Positions 29,276-43,640 of a DNA stretch of 64,000 nt are shown piece by piece (position 1 is the stretch's first letter; each line of letters begins with the position of its first letter). The position numbers and the translations under genes are program-made. Source of the DNA: the human T2T-CHM13v2.0 reference genome, Homo sapiens; NCBI RefSeq assembly GCF_009914755.1, contig NC_060926.1. One strand, given 5' to 3'. The notes below the pieces were generated by a model, which saw nothing but the letters and a program-made list of their open reading frames with translations, did not search any database and had not been told where the DNA came from.

Positions 29276-30050
29276 CTATGAAACTAAGACCTCTAGGCCA
29301 GCAGAACATATAGTCGCAGGAACAGGAAGCCAAAATTTTGCTAGTGGGTCACTAGGGGTAATGGTGAGTGGTGCCACTTCCACTTCCACGCCTTGATTCC
29401 TGGACTGGCGAATCCTGGCTATGAGAGAAGCAGTACCATATATTGGATGCTGATTCAGCACATACATGGTCTTCTGGAGAACTTTGCCCCAGCCCTGCAA
29501 AGTATTGTCACCTAGTTGGTGTTGTAATAGTGACTTCAAAAGGCCGTTGCAAAGTTCTATCAATCCAGCTGCCTCAAGATGATAGGGAACATGGTAAGAC
29601 CAGTGAATTCCATGAGGATGAGCCCACTGCTGCACTTCTTTAGCAGTAAAGTGAGTGCCTTGGTCAGAGGCAATGCTGTGTGGAATGCCATGACAGTGGA
29701 TAAGGCATTCCATGAGTCCACGGATGGTAGTCTTGGCAGAAGCATCGTGTGCGGGATAGGAAAACCCATATCCGGAGTAAGTGTCTATTCCAGTGAGGAC
29801 AAATCTCTGCTCTTTCCATGATGGAAGATGTCCAATATAATCAACCTGCTGCCAGGTAGCTGGCTGATCACCCTGAGGTATGGTGTCATATCGAGGATTT
29901 AGTGTTGGTCTCTGCTGCTGGCAAATTCGGTACTCAGCAGTGACTGTTGCAAGGTCAGCCTTGGTGAGTGGAAGTCCATGTTGCTGAGCCCATGCATAGC
30001 CTCCATCTCTGCTACCATGGCCACTTTGTTCATGGGCCCATTGGGCGATG
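29276..30050 (-). pseudogene. HERVL integrase remnant
   Basis: HGIPHSIASDQGTHFT...HVPYHLEAAGLIELCNGLLK (D..E core region). Confidence 0.9.
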
Positions 30051-31929
30051 ACAGGGTGGCTGGGGAAAGAGCTGAGTGGTGTCCACAGAACGGGTCATCC
30101 TATCCGCTTGATTATTAAAATCCTCCTTTCCTGAGGTCACCCGCTGGGGAGCACTCACATGGGATACAAATATCTTCACAGTGTTTTACCATTTAGAGAG
30201 GTCCATCCACATACCTCTTCCCCAAATTTATTTCTCACCCATTTTCCAATCATGCTTCCTCTAAATCCCTGACCATCGAGCCAAACCATTGGCTACAGCC
30301 TATGAATCCATATATAATTGCACATCTGGCCATTTCCCCTTCCATGCAAAGTGCACAACCAGGTGCACTGATCGAAGTTCTGCCCATTGGGAAGATTTCT
30401 CTTCACCTCTGTCCTTCAGGCATGTCCTAAAAAGGGGCTGTAGTGCTGCAACTGCCCACTTTCAGGTGGACATATTGTGCAGAGCCATCTGTGAATCAGG
30501 CCCTAGGGTTCTCTTCCTCTGATCATAGGAAACTGATTATAGGAAACTCCATGAGGCCATCGGTGCAGATTGGGGAAGAGAAGGCAGGGTGGCAAGAGTA
30601 GATACCATGGGCAATTGAGCCACTTCCTCACGTAACTTTCTTATGCCTTCAGGACCTACTAGAGCCCGATCACATATGTATCACTTCCATTTGATGATGG
30701 AATGCTGCTGTGCATGCCCCACTTTATGGCCAGATGGATCAGAAAGCACCCAGTTCATGATAGGCAGTTGAGGTCACATGGTGACTTAAGGACCCATAGT
30801 CAAATGTTCAGTTTCAACCAAAGCCCAGTAACAGGCCAAGAGCTGTCTCTCAAAAGGAGAGTAGTTATCTGCAGAGGATGGCAGGACCTCGCTCTAAAAT
30901 CCTAGAGGCCTCCACTGTGATTCACCTATGGATCCTGCCAAAGGCTCTAAACAGCATCCCTATCTGCCACTGACACCTCAAGCACCATTGGATCTGCTGG
31001 GTCATACAGCCCAAGTAACAGAAAACCTTGCACAGAAGCCCGGACCTGTTGCAGAGCCTTCTCCTGTTCTGGACTCCATTCACAAGTGGCAGTCTTTCGG
31101 GTCACTTGATAAATGAGCCAGAGCATCACACCCAAATAAGGAATGCTCCAAAATCCAAATAGGCCCTCTTGGCGTTGTGCCTCTTTTTTGGTTGTAGCAA
31201 GGGCCAAATGCAGCAACTTATCCTTCACCTTAGAAGGAATATCTTGACAGACCCCAACCATTGGGCACCTGAGGTAGAAGTTCCCTGAATTTTAGTCAAA
31301 TTTATTTCTCAAACCCTGGCATGCAGATGTCTCACCAATAAATCCAGTGTGTTTACTAATTCTTGCTCACTGGATCCAATCAGCATAATGTCATCAATGT
31401 AATGGACCAGTGTGATGTCTTGCAGAAGTGAAAAGTGATTAAGGTCTATCCAAATATGATTATGAAACAAAGCCAGAGAGTTGATATATCCCTGAGGTAG
31501 GACAGTGAAGCTACATTGCTGGCCTTGCCAGCTGAAGGCAAATTGCTTCTGGTGGGCCTTATGGATAGGAATGGAGAAAAAGGCATTTGCCAAGTCAATG
31601 GCTGCACACCAGGTACCATGAGATGTGTTAATTTGCTCAAGCAATGAAACCATACCTGGTGCATCAGCTGCAATTGGAGTCACCACTTGGTTGTTACAAT
31701 AATCCACTGTCATTCTCAAAGATCCGTCTGTCTTCTGCATGAGCCAAATGGCAGAGTTGAACGGGGATGTGGTGGGAATCACCCCTCCTGTGTCTTTCAA
31801 GTCCTTGATGGTGGCACTAATCTCTGCAGTCCCTCCAGGGATGCAATATTGTTTTTGATTTACTATTTTTCTAGGTAGAGACAGCTCTAATGGCCTCCAT
31901 TTGGCCTTTCCCACCATAATAGTCTTCAT
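30050..31929 (-). pseudogene. HERVL reverse transcriptase / RNase H remnant (frameshifted)
   Basis: SPFNSAIWLMQKTDGSLRMTVDY, IDLANAFFSIPI, TVLPQGY, HYIDDIML. Confidence 0.93.
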
Positions 31930-32399
31930 CCTACCAGTCAGGTAGCCAATGTGGGGTTTCTGTCACTTGCTAAGTATGTATATGCCAATTATGCATTCTG
32001 GCACTGGGGAAATGACCACAGGATGAGTCTGGGGACCCACTGGACCCACTATAAATCAGACCTGAGCTAAAACTCCATTAATTACCTGATCTCCATAAGC
32101 CCCTTCTTTAATTGGAGTACCACAATGATGTCTTGGGTTCCATGGAATCAATGTCAGCTCAGAGCTAGTGTCTGGTAGTCCCTGAAATGTCTGAAGATTT
32201 CCCTTTCCCCAGTGCACAGTTGCCCTGGTAAAAGGCTAGGGGTCTTCTTGGAGAAGAATGGGAGAAAGATTCACTGCATAAATTGTCAGTAATGTAGTGG
32301 GGTCCTTTCTCAAGGGGAACTGGCCTCCCCTTTATTCAAGAAGTTCTGAGTCTATAAACTGGCTCAAGTCTGGAAATTGATTGAGGGGCTGTGACTCTC

Positions 32400-34000
32400 T
32401 GTTTTCATAATTCAGATTAGTATTTCTCCATTTGACCTAGAAGTTTTCTGCTTGCATAAATTAAGTAGAAATGTAGTAGGCTTCCAATCAGTTTCACTTC
32501 TAGGAACACCATGATTAATCAGCCAATGCCAGAGCTCTACATGAGTCAGGCTATTCTTATTGCCTTGTTGCCTCTGCTGTCCATTATGGTAGCTATGCCC
32601 ACCTTGCCTTTGACGGTTTATTGCCACCACTTGGCCCCACTACCTCGGGATCCAATTACTCCCACTGTATTTAGGCTTTGTAGTTGAGTGACTGTGGTTC
32701 CCATCATGAGATCTGACATACAAAGAAGAGCAATTACAGGACTCTTCAAAGATGCAGGTGTTGCCCTCACAAACCTATTTTGCATGGCATTGGTCAAGGA
32801 TATATCTTCTGGACCCTCCCAGCTGGGATGAGTAGGTCTAAAGTGACTAATCCACTCCACCATCCCAATCTTCCTAAGCCTTTGGATCCCTTCCTCTACA
32901 TTAAACCAAGGAGATCAGCTCACTTAAATTGGGCCATCTTTTAATCCATATTTCAGCGAACCAAGCAAATAAACTATTAGAAACTTTTTTAACTCCCTGA
33001 GCTGCAACATTAAACACAGAGTCCCTACTTAGTGGGGCCAAATCAATAAATTCAGCCTGATCCAACTCGTGTTTCTTCCATCATTATCCCATACCCTTAA
33101 TATTCATTCCCATGCCTGTTTTCCAGATTTCTGTTTATATAAATTAGAGAACTCAAACAGTTCTTTTCGAGTGTAGTGCAGCTCGTATGGGTCACATTCT
33201 CAACCTCACCTCCAGGGGCCCACTGGGACTTTAGTCTAGTTATAGGTCTAGAAGCAAACAGGAGTGTTGAGCCTCTGGGGAGGCCATCACTGTTGCCTCA
33301 GGCAGTGCAGGGTTTATCTCCTCAGACAAAGGTGGAAAGGCTGATGGCAGCATGGGTCAAGGAGGGAATGTTGCCACTACTGGGGATGGGGAAGATGTTC
33401 CTTCTGGCAAAAAGTTTCACCGGAGTTTATAAACTCAGTGCCCCCAGCTTCATCAGGGTCCTCCCACACATCCCCATTCCTAGTTGCCAGGTCCCATTCT
33501 TTTCCAATTAATGCACTCACTTTAACAGTTGACACCTGGCAAGCCCGTGCATGCATCTTTTGTTGCAGGCCACCCATAAGCATGATAAGAGCCTCTGTCT
33601 GTTTTTCCACAATTTCAGCTACTTCTCTGCAGGAGATAAGACTCTCAGTTAGGGTAATATTAGCAGATTTGAGGCTAAGTATCTGCTTCTGAAGCCTGGA
33701 GACAGAATCTCTGAGTTCATCCTTTTCTTTCATCACTTTGTCCACTGAACTTAGGAGCAACCAACCAGCTTTAATATGTTGCTTGGTTCTCCACATATGG
33801 TCAAAGGTATTATGTATAGAGTCACTAAACTACTGACCTCTCATGAGCAGTGAATCAGGAATGTCAAATGCATTTATTTTGCATAACTCTCTAAACAGTT
33901 GACACCAAGGACTAGGAGTATCAAAGGACTATCTAATAGGTCTCCATGCTATTAGAAGTAGAGTCCTTAGCATTTTGGGATCTAATCATATTAAGCAGCC
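32400..34000 (-). pseudogene. HERVL gag remnant
   Basis: AGWLLLSSVDKVMKEKDELRD, VSTVKVSALIGKEWD, WEGPEDISLTNAMQNRFVR, ELWHWLINHGVPR. Confidence 0.85.
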
Positions 34001-34060
34001 AACTCCAGGAATCCCAAAACCAAATGAAAGAATTCCATCCTTAATATTCTGTTCCTCTAA

Positions 34061-34082
34061 AACCACTCCTCTTACCACAATC
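34061..34082 (-). promoter_or_regulatory. Degenerate primer-binding site (tRNA-Leu type)
   Basis: Minus strand reads gattgtggtaagaggagtggtt immediately after the 5' LTR; recalled HERVL form is tggtaccaggagtgg. Confidence 0.6.
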
Positions 34083-34188
34083 TGTATTATTCAGGGTTCT
34101 CTAGAGGGACAGAATTAATAGGATACATAACATATATATATACACACACACACATACAGAAACACACACACATATATATGTGTGTGTG

Positions 34189-34245
<57 letters not shown>

Positions 34246-34452
34246 TAGAAGCCTTCTCTTTTCCAGCCTACATCAGTGGCCTCATGGGGAGTTTCCTATA
34301 TTCAGTTGACAGAAAAAAAGGAGACAAAGACCTGGTTCAGAGATGGCTTTGCACAATATGTCAAAACAAAAGTGGACAGCACCAGCACTATAGCTCCATT
34401 TTAGGACAACCTTGAAGGACAGTGGTGAAGGGAAATCTTCCCAGGGGGCAGA

Positions 34453-34497
<45 letters not shown>

Positions 34498-37400
34498 TAA
34501 TAAATATATATAGTCTACCTATATATATAGTCTAAGTCTAAATTAGACTTGCTCTCCTTGCTCCTCAGCTTGCAGACAGCATATTGTGGGGCCCTGTGAT
34601 TATGTGAGTTAATACTTAATAAACTCCCCTATATATATATATATAAAATAATAATATATCTATATTATTATTATACAATTATATATAACTATAAATATAA
34701 TATAATATATATTATCTATATTACATATTAATATATAATATATATTACCTATTAATATATAATATAATATATATAATATATATTACCTATTAATATATAA
34801 TATAATATATATAATATATATTACCTATTAATATATAATAAAATATATATAATATATATTACATATTATTATATAATATATATTATATAACATATATAAC
34901 ATATACTATATATTATATAACATATATAATTGTATATGTATTATATATATTATATATACTTATACATAATATATAAATAATTAAATATATGTTATAAATA
35001 TAACAAATATATAACATATATAACATATATAACATATATATAATTACATAAAATATATAATACATAATATATATTATGCAACATATTATATAATATATAA
35101 CATATAATGTATATTATATTATATCATATATAATACATAATATATAATATATGATATAATATAATATATTATATATGATATAATATAATATATTATATAT
35201 GTTATAATATAATATATATTATATATAGGATATATTATAACATATTACATATGATATAATAAATTTTATCTTATATATAGGATATATTATAATATATCAC
35301 ATATAGCATATATTAAAATATATTACATATAGTATATTATATATACTATATGTATATATACATATAGTATATTATAGTATATTATACAGTATATATTATA
35401 TATACTATATATAGTAGTATACAGTATATATTATATATACTATATATAGTAGTATACAGTATATATTATACAGTATATATTATATACACTATATTATATA
35501 TTATGTATAATATATACTATATATAGTATATTATGTAGTATATATTAAACATAATAGATATATAGTATATACTATAGATAATAGATATTATATAGTATAT
35601 AGTATATATTATATATAATATATATAATATATATTATATACATATATGATATATGATATATTATATATAATATATATAATATATAATATATGTAATATAA
35701 TACATATTATATATAATATATGTAATATAATATAATATATAATATATGTAATATAATAATATATATTATATAATATAACATATATAAATATAATAATATA
35801 TATTATATGATATAACATACATAAATATAATAACATATATAATATATATTATATATTATATTGTATATATGATATACTATATATTACACATTATACATTA
35901 TTTATAATATATAATTAATATATAACATATATTAGATAACATATAATTATATCTGTAACATATATAAGATATAATTACATATATAACATATATAATTATA
36001 TATATATTTATCTAATTATATATGAAATTATATATGACATATAAAATTATATATTATATATGTTATATGTATTATATATTATATATGTTATATATGTTAT
36101 ATATAACATATATAACATATATAACACACACATATAACATATATAACATATATTACATATATAACATATATAACACATATATAATTATCTAACATAGATA
36201 ATATATATAATATATAATATAACATATATATTATATATTATACACTCTATTATATTATATATATTATACATAATATATAATATATATGATATAATATAAT
36301 ACATTGTATATACGATATAATATATATTGTACATAGTATAATATACATATAGAGTATATTATGTATAACATAATATATAGTATATTATGTATAACATAAT
36401 ATATAGTATATTATGTATAACATAATATATAGTATATTATGTATAACATAATATATAGTATATTATGTATAACATAATATATAGTATATTATGTATAACA
36501 TAATATATAGTATATTATGTATAACATAATATATAGTATATTATGTATAACATAATATATAGTATATTATGTATAACATAATATATAGTATATTATGTAT
36601 AACATAATATATAGTATATTATGTATAACATAATATATAGTATATTATGTATATATAATATACATATTATATAGTATATTATGTATATATAATATACATA
36701 TTATATAGTATATTATGTATATATAATATACATATTATATAGTATATTATGTATATATAATATACATATTATATAGTATATTATGTATATATAATATACA
36801 TATTATATAGTATATTATGTATATATAATATACATATTATATAGTATATTATGTATATATAATATACATATTATATAGTATATTATGTATATATAATATA
36901 CATATTATATAGTATATTATGTATATATAATATACATATTATATAGTATATTATGTATATATAATATACATATTATATAGTATATTATGTATATATAATA
37001 TACATATTATATAGTATATTATGTATATATAATATACATATTATATAGTATATTATGTATATATAATATACATATTATATAGTATATTATGTATATATAA
37101 TATATATAAGGTGTATATATATTATGTATATATAATATATAAGGTATATATATTATGTATATATAATATATATAAGGTGTTTATATAATGTATATATAAT
37201 ATATAAGGTATGTATATTATGTATATATAATATGTATATTATATATAATATATATTATTTATATACATTATGTATCTATATAATATATATTATGTATATA
37301 TTAGGTATCTATATAATATATATTATGTATATATATTATGTATCTATATAATATATATATTATGTATATATATTATGTATCTATATAATATATATATTAT

Positions 37401-38446
37401 ATGTATATTATGTATCTATATAATATATATAATGTATATAGATATATTATATATTATGTATATATATTATGTATCTATTTTATATATAATGTATATAGAT
37501 ATACAATATATATTATGTATATATTATGTATCTATATAATATATATTATTTATATAGATATATATATTATGTATATATACATAATATATTACATATTATG
37601 TATATATACATAATATATAATATATTATGTATATATACATAATATATAATATATTATATATTACATATATTATATATAATATATTATATTATGTATATAT
37701 ATTATGTATATATAATGTATATATAATATATAAAGTGTATATATATTGTGTATATATAATGTATATATATTACATATATTATGTGTATATATATTATACA
37801 TAATATATATACTACATTATACATAATATGGGATAATTATTAATCTATATAATATATATCATATATATTATATATATTTTTCTCATATATAGGGGATTAT
37901 TTTATATATATTCCCCTATATATATATTCCCCTATATATATATTCCCATATATATATTCCCATATATATATTCCCATATATATTCCCATATATATATATT
38001 CCCATATATATATTCCCATATATATATTCCCATATATATATTCCCATATATATATATTCCCATATATATTCCCATATATATATTCCCATATATATATTCC
38101 CATATATATATTCCCATATATATTCCCATATATATATATTCCCATATATATATTCACATATATATATTCCCATATATATATTCCCATATATATACCCATA
38201 TATATATTCCCATATATATACCCATATATATATTCCCACATATATATTCCCATATATATCTATTCCCATATATATCTATTCCCATATATATATTCCCATA
38301 TATATATATTCCCATATATATAGATTCCCATATATATATAGATTCCCATATATATATATTCCCATATATATATTCCCATATATATATATATTCCCACATA
38401 TATATATATTCCCACATATATATATATTCCCATATATATATATATT

Positions 38447-38489
<43 letters not shown>

Positions 38490-38867
38490 GAGTTTATTAA
38501 GTATTAACTTACATAATCACAGGTCCCCACAATATGCTGTCTGCAAGCTGAGGAGCAAGGAGAGCAAGTCTAAGTCCGAAAACTGAAGAACTTGGGGTCT
38601 GATGTTCCAGGGCTGGAAGCATCCAGCATGGGTGAAAGATGAAGGCTTGGAGGCTCGGGCAGTCTCTCCTTTTCATCTTTTTCTGCCTGCTTTATATTCA
38701 TTGGCAGTTGATGAGATTGTGCCCACCAGATTAAGGGTGGGTCTGCCTTCCCCAGCCCCCTGACTCAAATGTTAATCTCTTTTGGTAACACCCTCAAAGA
38801 CACAACCAGGATCAGTACTTCGTATCCTTCAATCTAATCAAGTTGACACTCAGTATAAACCACCACA
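34083..38867 (-). mobile_element. 5' LTR (MLT2A1-like), split by about 4.35 kb of expansion and inserts
   Basis: LTR end at 34083-34125 and remainder at 38486-38867 align to the 3' LTR. Confidence 0.9.
34631..38485. repeat. AT-rich compound mini/microsatellite of about 3.85 kb
   Basis: Degenerate (TA)n; 26-bp unit atgtataacataatatatagtatatt (about 36350-36640); 34-bp unit tacatattatatagtatattatgtatatataata (about 36640-37100); (TA)nTTCCCA units (about 37900-38450). Confidence 0.97.
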
Positions 38868-39214
38868 CACAGAAATAATAAATAGCTAACTAACTAGCTA
38901 GCTAGAGAGCAAATAGAATACAACGTATTTATAATAAATAAATGAGAGGGTCTCTATTTCCTAACATAGGATATTGTGCTTTAGTATCCTACTTATAAGT
39001 TACAAAATCAGGTTCAAATATGAGTTTACTTTTTTCCTACTTTTTCTCCTCTCTTACTCTTTATATACTTTGAACAACTTTAGAAGAATCTATATGAATT
39101 AATATATCTAGGTAGTAAGATTATAAGTAATGCCTTTATCTAAATGTTCTCCTTTTTTATTCAGTGAATACATTGTTTGCATAATATTGTTGCAGTCATG
39201 CCTCAGTAAACTGC

Positions 39215-39245
<31 letters not shown>

Positions 39246-39696
39246 GTTTTAATTTTTATCTTAACCTCACTTATTGTTCTTTGCTTATATATTGATTAAT
39301 TTGGAAGTACCAGAATATGTATTACTAACAAATATCCTAGCTTAACAAATAGGTGAAACAAAGCTTCTTTCTCTCAAGCCATCACTGCTTCTTGGCTGGG
39401 TTCACTGATGATTGCTACATTTTCTATTTGCTGTCTTCTTCTGGATATAAGCTGGGTATTGCACATCTGCTAAGCACCATATCCTCAACAGGACCTCCCA
39501 CTACTTTATGCGGCACAGAAGTGCCTTATCAGACTCACCTTACTTCATCCACTGGGTATCACAAAATGTATTTGCTGCCACCGTCTCCTCCTTTGGATGC
39601 CACTATGTCTGCAGGGTTCTTTCATCATTCTCCTGGGCACTGTCACCACGCACTGGTGTAGTATTGTGTTATGTGGTTAAAAAAATATGAAATAAC

Positions 39697-39698
<2 letters not shown>

Positions 39699-39731
<33 letters not shown>
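39699..39731. repeat. (TG)n microsatellite
   Basis: Direct reading. Confidence 0.95.
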
Positions 39732-39733
<2 letters not shown>

Positions 39734-40523
39734 TATGCTTTGTTAGACACCTTGATACACATGTCTTCTTTCTCTGTAAGTAATATTGATGTTGGCCAAA
39801 TAGCTTTTTTTATTTTTTACTTTGTGCCACATCATGTTTTATAGGATTCACTCATGCATATCATCGGGTTGGGTTGGAAGCACACAATGTAAAAGAAAAC
39901 GTGCTCTGCTCAACGCCTTGATTCTTACTTGACGGTTGAGACTTTTCATAGGTCAGATTCCATCTTTCTCAAGATAGAATCTCCGTATGGGCACCCGTCA
40001 GTAGATAGACTTTTGGTTCACTGCTACACCACCTCCTCTTCATGACTCTCCATTCTACCAGACATTCCTTAAACATACACCAAATATAACTTAGATTTAA
40101 TCCAGTTTTCTCACTATGTTCAGTCAATGCATAATGTTTCCTCACTATGTGTGGTTAGAGCAAAATGAATAACCAATAGAAGTGAAAAAAAGATTTTATC
40201 TCTAACTCCTCCATAATATACACTTTATATTAGGGGCATGTTCTGTTATTTTTGACATGCCCTTTGTTTCTCAACCTTTGTGCATTTACTTAAGTTTTGC
40301 CTTCTACTAAAACTATTCTTTCTTTTTTTTCTCCAAATTTCACCTGCCTTCCAACATGCAGTTCACATTCCACATTAGCTTATGGACTCAGGGATCATGT
40401 ATTACCTTTGAAAGCATTGAACACGTGTAACAAGTGCTCAATACATATATTTTACAAATAAATTTATGATCTATTATTACATGCAACCTATTGCACTACA
40501 CACTTTAAAATATGCTAAAATAA

Positions 40524-40715
40524 GGGTGGGGGGAGGGGGGAGGGATAGCATTGGGAGATATACCTAATGCTAGATGATGAGTTAGTGGGTGCAGCGCACC
40601 AGCATGGCACATGTATACATATGTAACTAACCTGCACAATGTACACATGTACCCTAAAACTTAAAGTATAATAAAAAAAGAAAAAATAAAATAAAATAAA
40701 ATAAAATGTAAAAAT
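40524..40715 (+). mobile_element. Short young L1 3' end (L1PA2-like)
   Basis: G-tract, gatagcattgggagatatacctaatgctagatgatGAGttagtggg, ccctaaaacttaaagtataataaaa; GAG rather than ACA/ACG at the Ta-diagnostic site. Confidence 0.9.
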
Positions 40716-42619
40716 AATAATAATTTATTTTCATATGTTAAACTTGACAAAATTTGTGGCATATGTATTGTATTGGAAAGAAGTTAGGACATTTTGAATT
40801 CATATACTTCTCACATAAAAGGTTATATTTCTTAATTATAACTTATTATTTTAAGCAAAAAAGAAAGCTTTGTTTAATAGCATGTCTAGTTATAAGCTTC
40901 ATTATTTCATATTCTCATAGCATTTCATATTTACTAAAACATGAAGGAAATCAGTTTTGAGATACTGAACAAAATTACATATAACTCATTTGACTATAGA
41001 AACAAATATTGAAACTCTGAATTCCATGTTTGTAACTAAGTAACTCCCATTAGGGGAAGGGTCATCATGTTATATGAAAAAGAAACAAAAGATACATAAT
41101 AAGCTATAAAATTTAAAAGAAATATCGATGAATTAAATAAGTATGAAGTTTTGAAATTTTACTAGAGAATGCTTACAAATTCATTTTTTGAATTTAAACT
41201 CCTGAATTTTGTAGACTTCCCATTTTAAGCTATAAGGTAAAGCTTGGTTATAAACTCGAATGAAGAGAGATATTTAGTCTGAATGTCAATTGTATAAAAT
41301 GTTGCATAAATAAATGTATTCAATAAGTATTTGTACTTAAATATTTTTGTTATGGCAAACACCAATGGCCATGAGTCAACTTAGGAACGGTAGTGCCCTC
41401 TGTTTTGGTCTTCTAGAAAAATAGACACCTCATAAATTCCCATAAGGAAGTGGACTCAGTGAATTAGTGTCCCAGTAGATTACAGATTTCAAATTCTCTG
41501 CCCCATAGCAGAGAGAAGATGGCCAATGAGTAGGAGTGGTGGTAAGCAGGAGTGGTGGTTGAAGTAGAGTGAACAAAAGCATGGCTATTCCACAAGACAA
41601 TCTGCCTCTTCAGAGTAAGATTTAATTTCCAAAAGCCTCCAAAGAAGGGAAGCCCAGTAATCCTCAAATGCACAATAGAATGGAAGTATATATAAAATCC
41701 CCCAAACTAGTTATAAAACATCACACTAAGACTTTACTTTTTGTGTCAGAATAAAAACTGCAAAATCTTTTTCAATATAGAAATTAAAAACGCCAACAAT
41801 CTCATGAATACCACCAACAGCAATGATAAGGCTCTAGGCTCAATTAGGCATTTCCTCACTTTGCTTTGTAGGGGTAGCACCCTTTGGGAATTGCCTCACA
41901 GGTTCTCACTTTAAGATAACATTTCATTCCAGAGCTCTCTCAAGTTTATGTGGGCCCCGATGCAGCTCTTAGCTGCTCCTAATGCTGTCTTCCGTAAAAT
42001 ACCACCACTTCACAATTTTATGTTTGTAGATTCAAATTTCAATACATTTTCACTGTTTTGGGGAACCTCATATTTTATGTTTTAATATGATTGTTGTTAC
42101 ATTTTAATTAGCACAATAAACATAATACCAAAAGAATAATGAATACAATAAATAATATCTGGAAACTCTGAAAGGGTCTATGAAACATCACTGGTTTTGT
42201 GAAATTACCTTTTTATTTAAGGGCCATCAACCTATGTGGGGCTACTTTGTCCCAGTCACTTGGTCCGAAATCTAAAGCTACTTCTGAAGTTAAGATATCA
42301 CCATTGAATAATCAAATACACTTTAATGTTTAAAAACTCTGTGCTGTATGTGCAACTGCTCACCATGCTTTCACTCTATTTTGAAATATTGCATTACAAG
42401 AGTAATTTTTACTTCAACTTGTTGCACAACTTTAATATCTTTGTCAATGATTCCCAATCATTTCTTCATAACGTTCTAAATGAAAAATAATTTCAGAATG
42501 AGTAAGCACAGTTATGTCACCACCACAAAAGTCAACATAAATATTAACTGAATTAATAGAAGTTTGACATCTAGGATGAGAGTTGATAGAGTGTCACTAA
42601 GCAATTAGACTGGAAGTAA

Positions 42620-43640
<1,021 letters not shown>

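Larger units (their letters stand above)
28090..38867 (-). mobile_element. Near full-length HERVL (ERVL) provirus with MLT2A LTRs
   Basis: Paired LTRs both beginning tgtattattcagggttctctagagggaca on +; gag-pol-IN-dUTPase remnants; no env; 5-bp TSD cacat (28085-28089) / cacag (38868-38872). Confidence 0.95.

Noticed and set aside
31309-31929. 206-aa RT ORF as a domesticated retroviral gene
   Set aside because: Internal deletion after VDY and flanking frameshifts; an open stretch of this length is expected by chance in HERVL.
34290-34370. APOBEC3-type G-to-A hypermutation of the captured pol fragment
   Set aside because: Some G-to-A changes are present but mixed with C-to-A and others; too few sites to claim.
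36350-37100. Regular 26/34-bp repeats superficially like a CRISPR array
   Set aside because: Head-to-tail units without unique spacers, no cas genes, primate DNA.
35609-38417. ORFs rich in Y/I/M/G/N/W (e.g. 37897-38253, 37916-38269)
   Set aside because: Translations of AT-rich tandem repeats; no evidence of coding.
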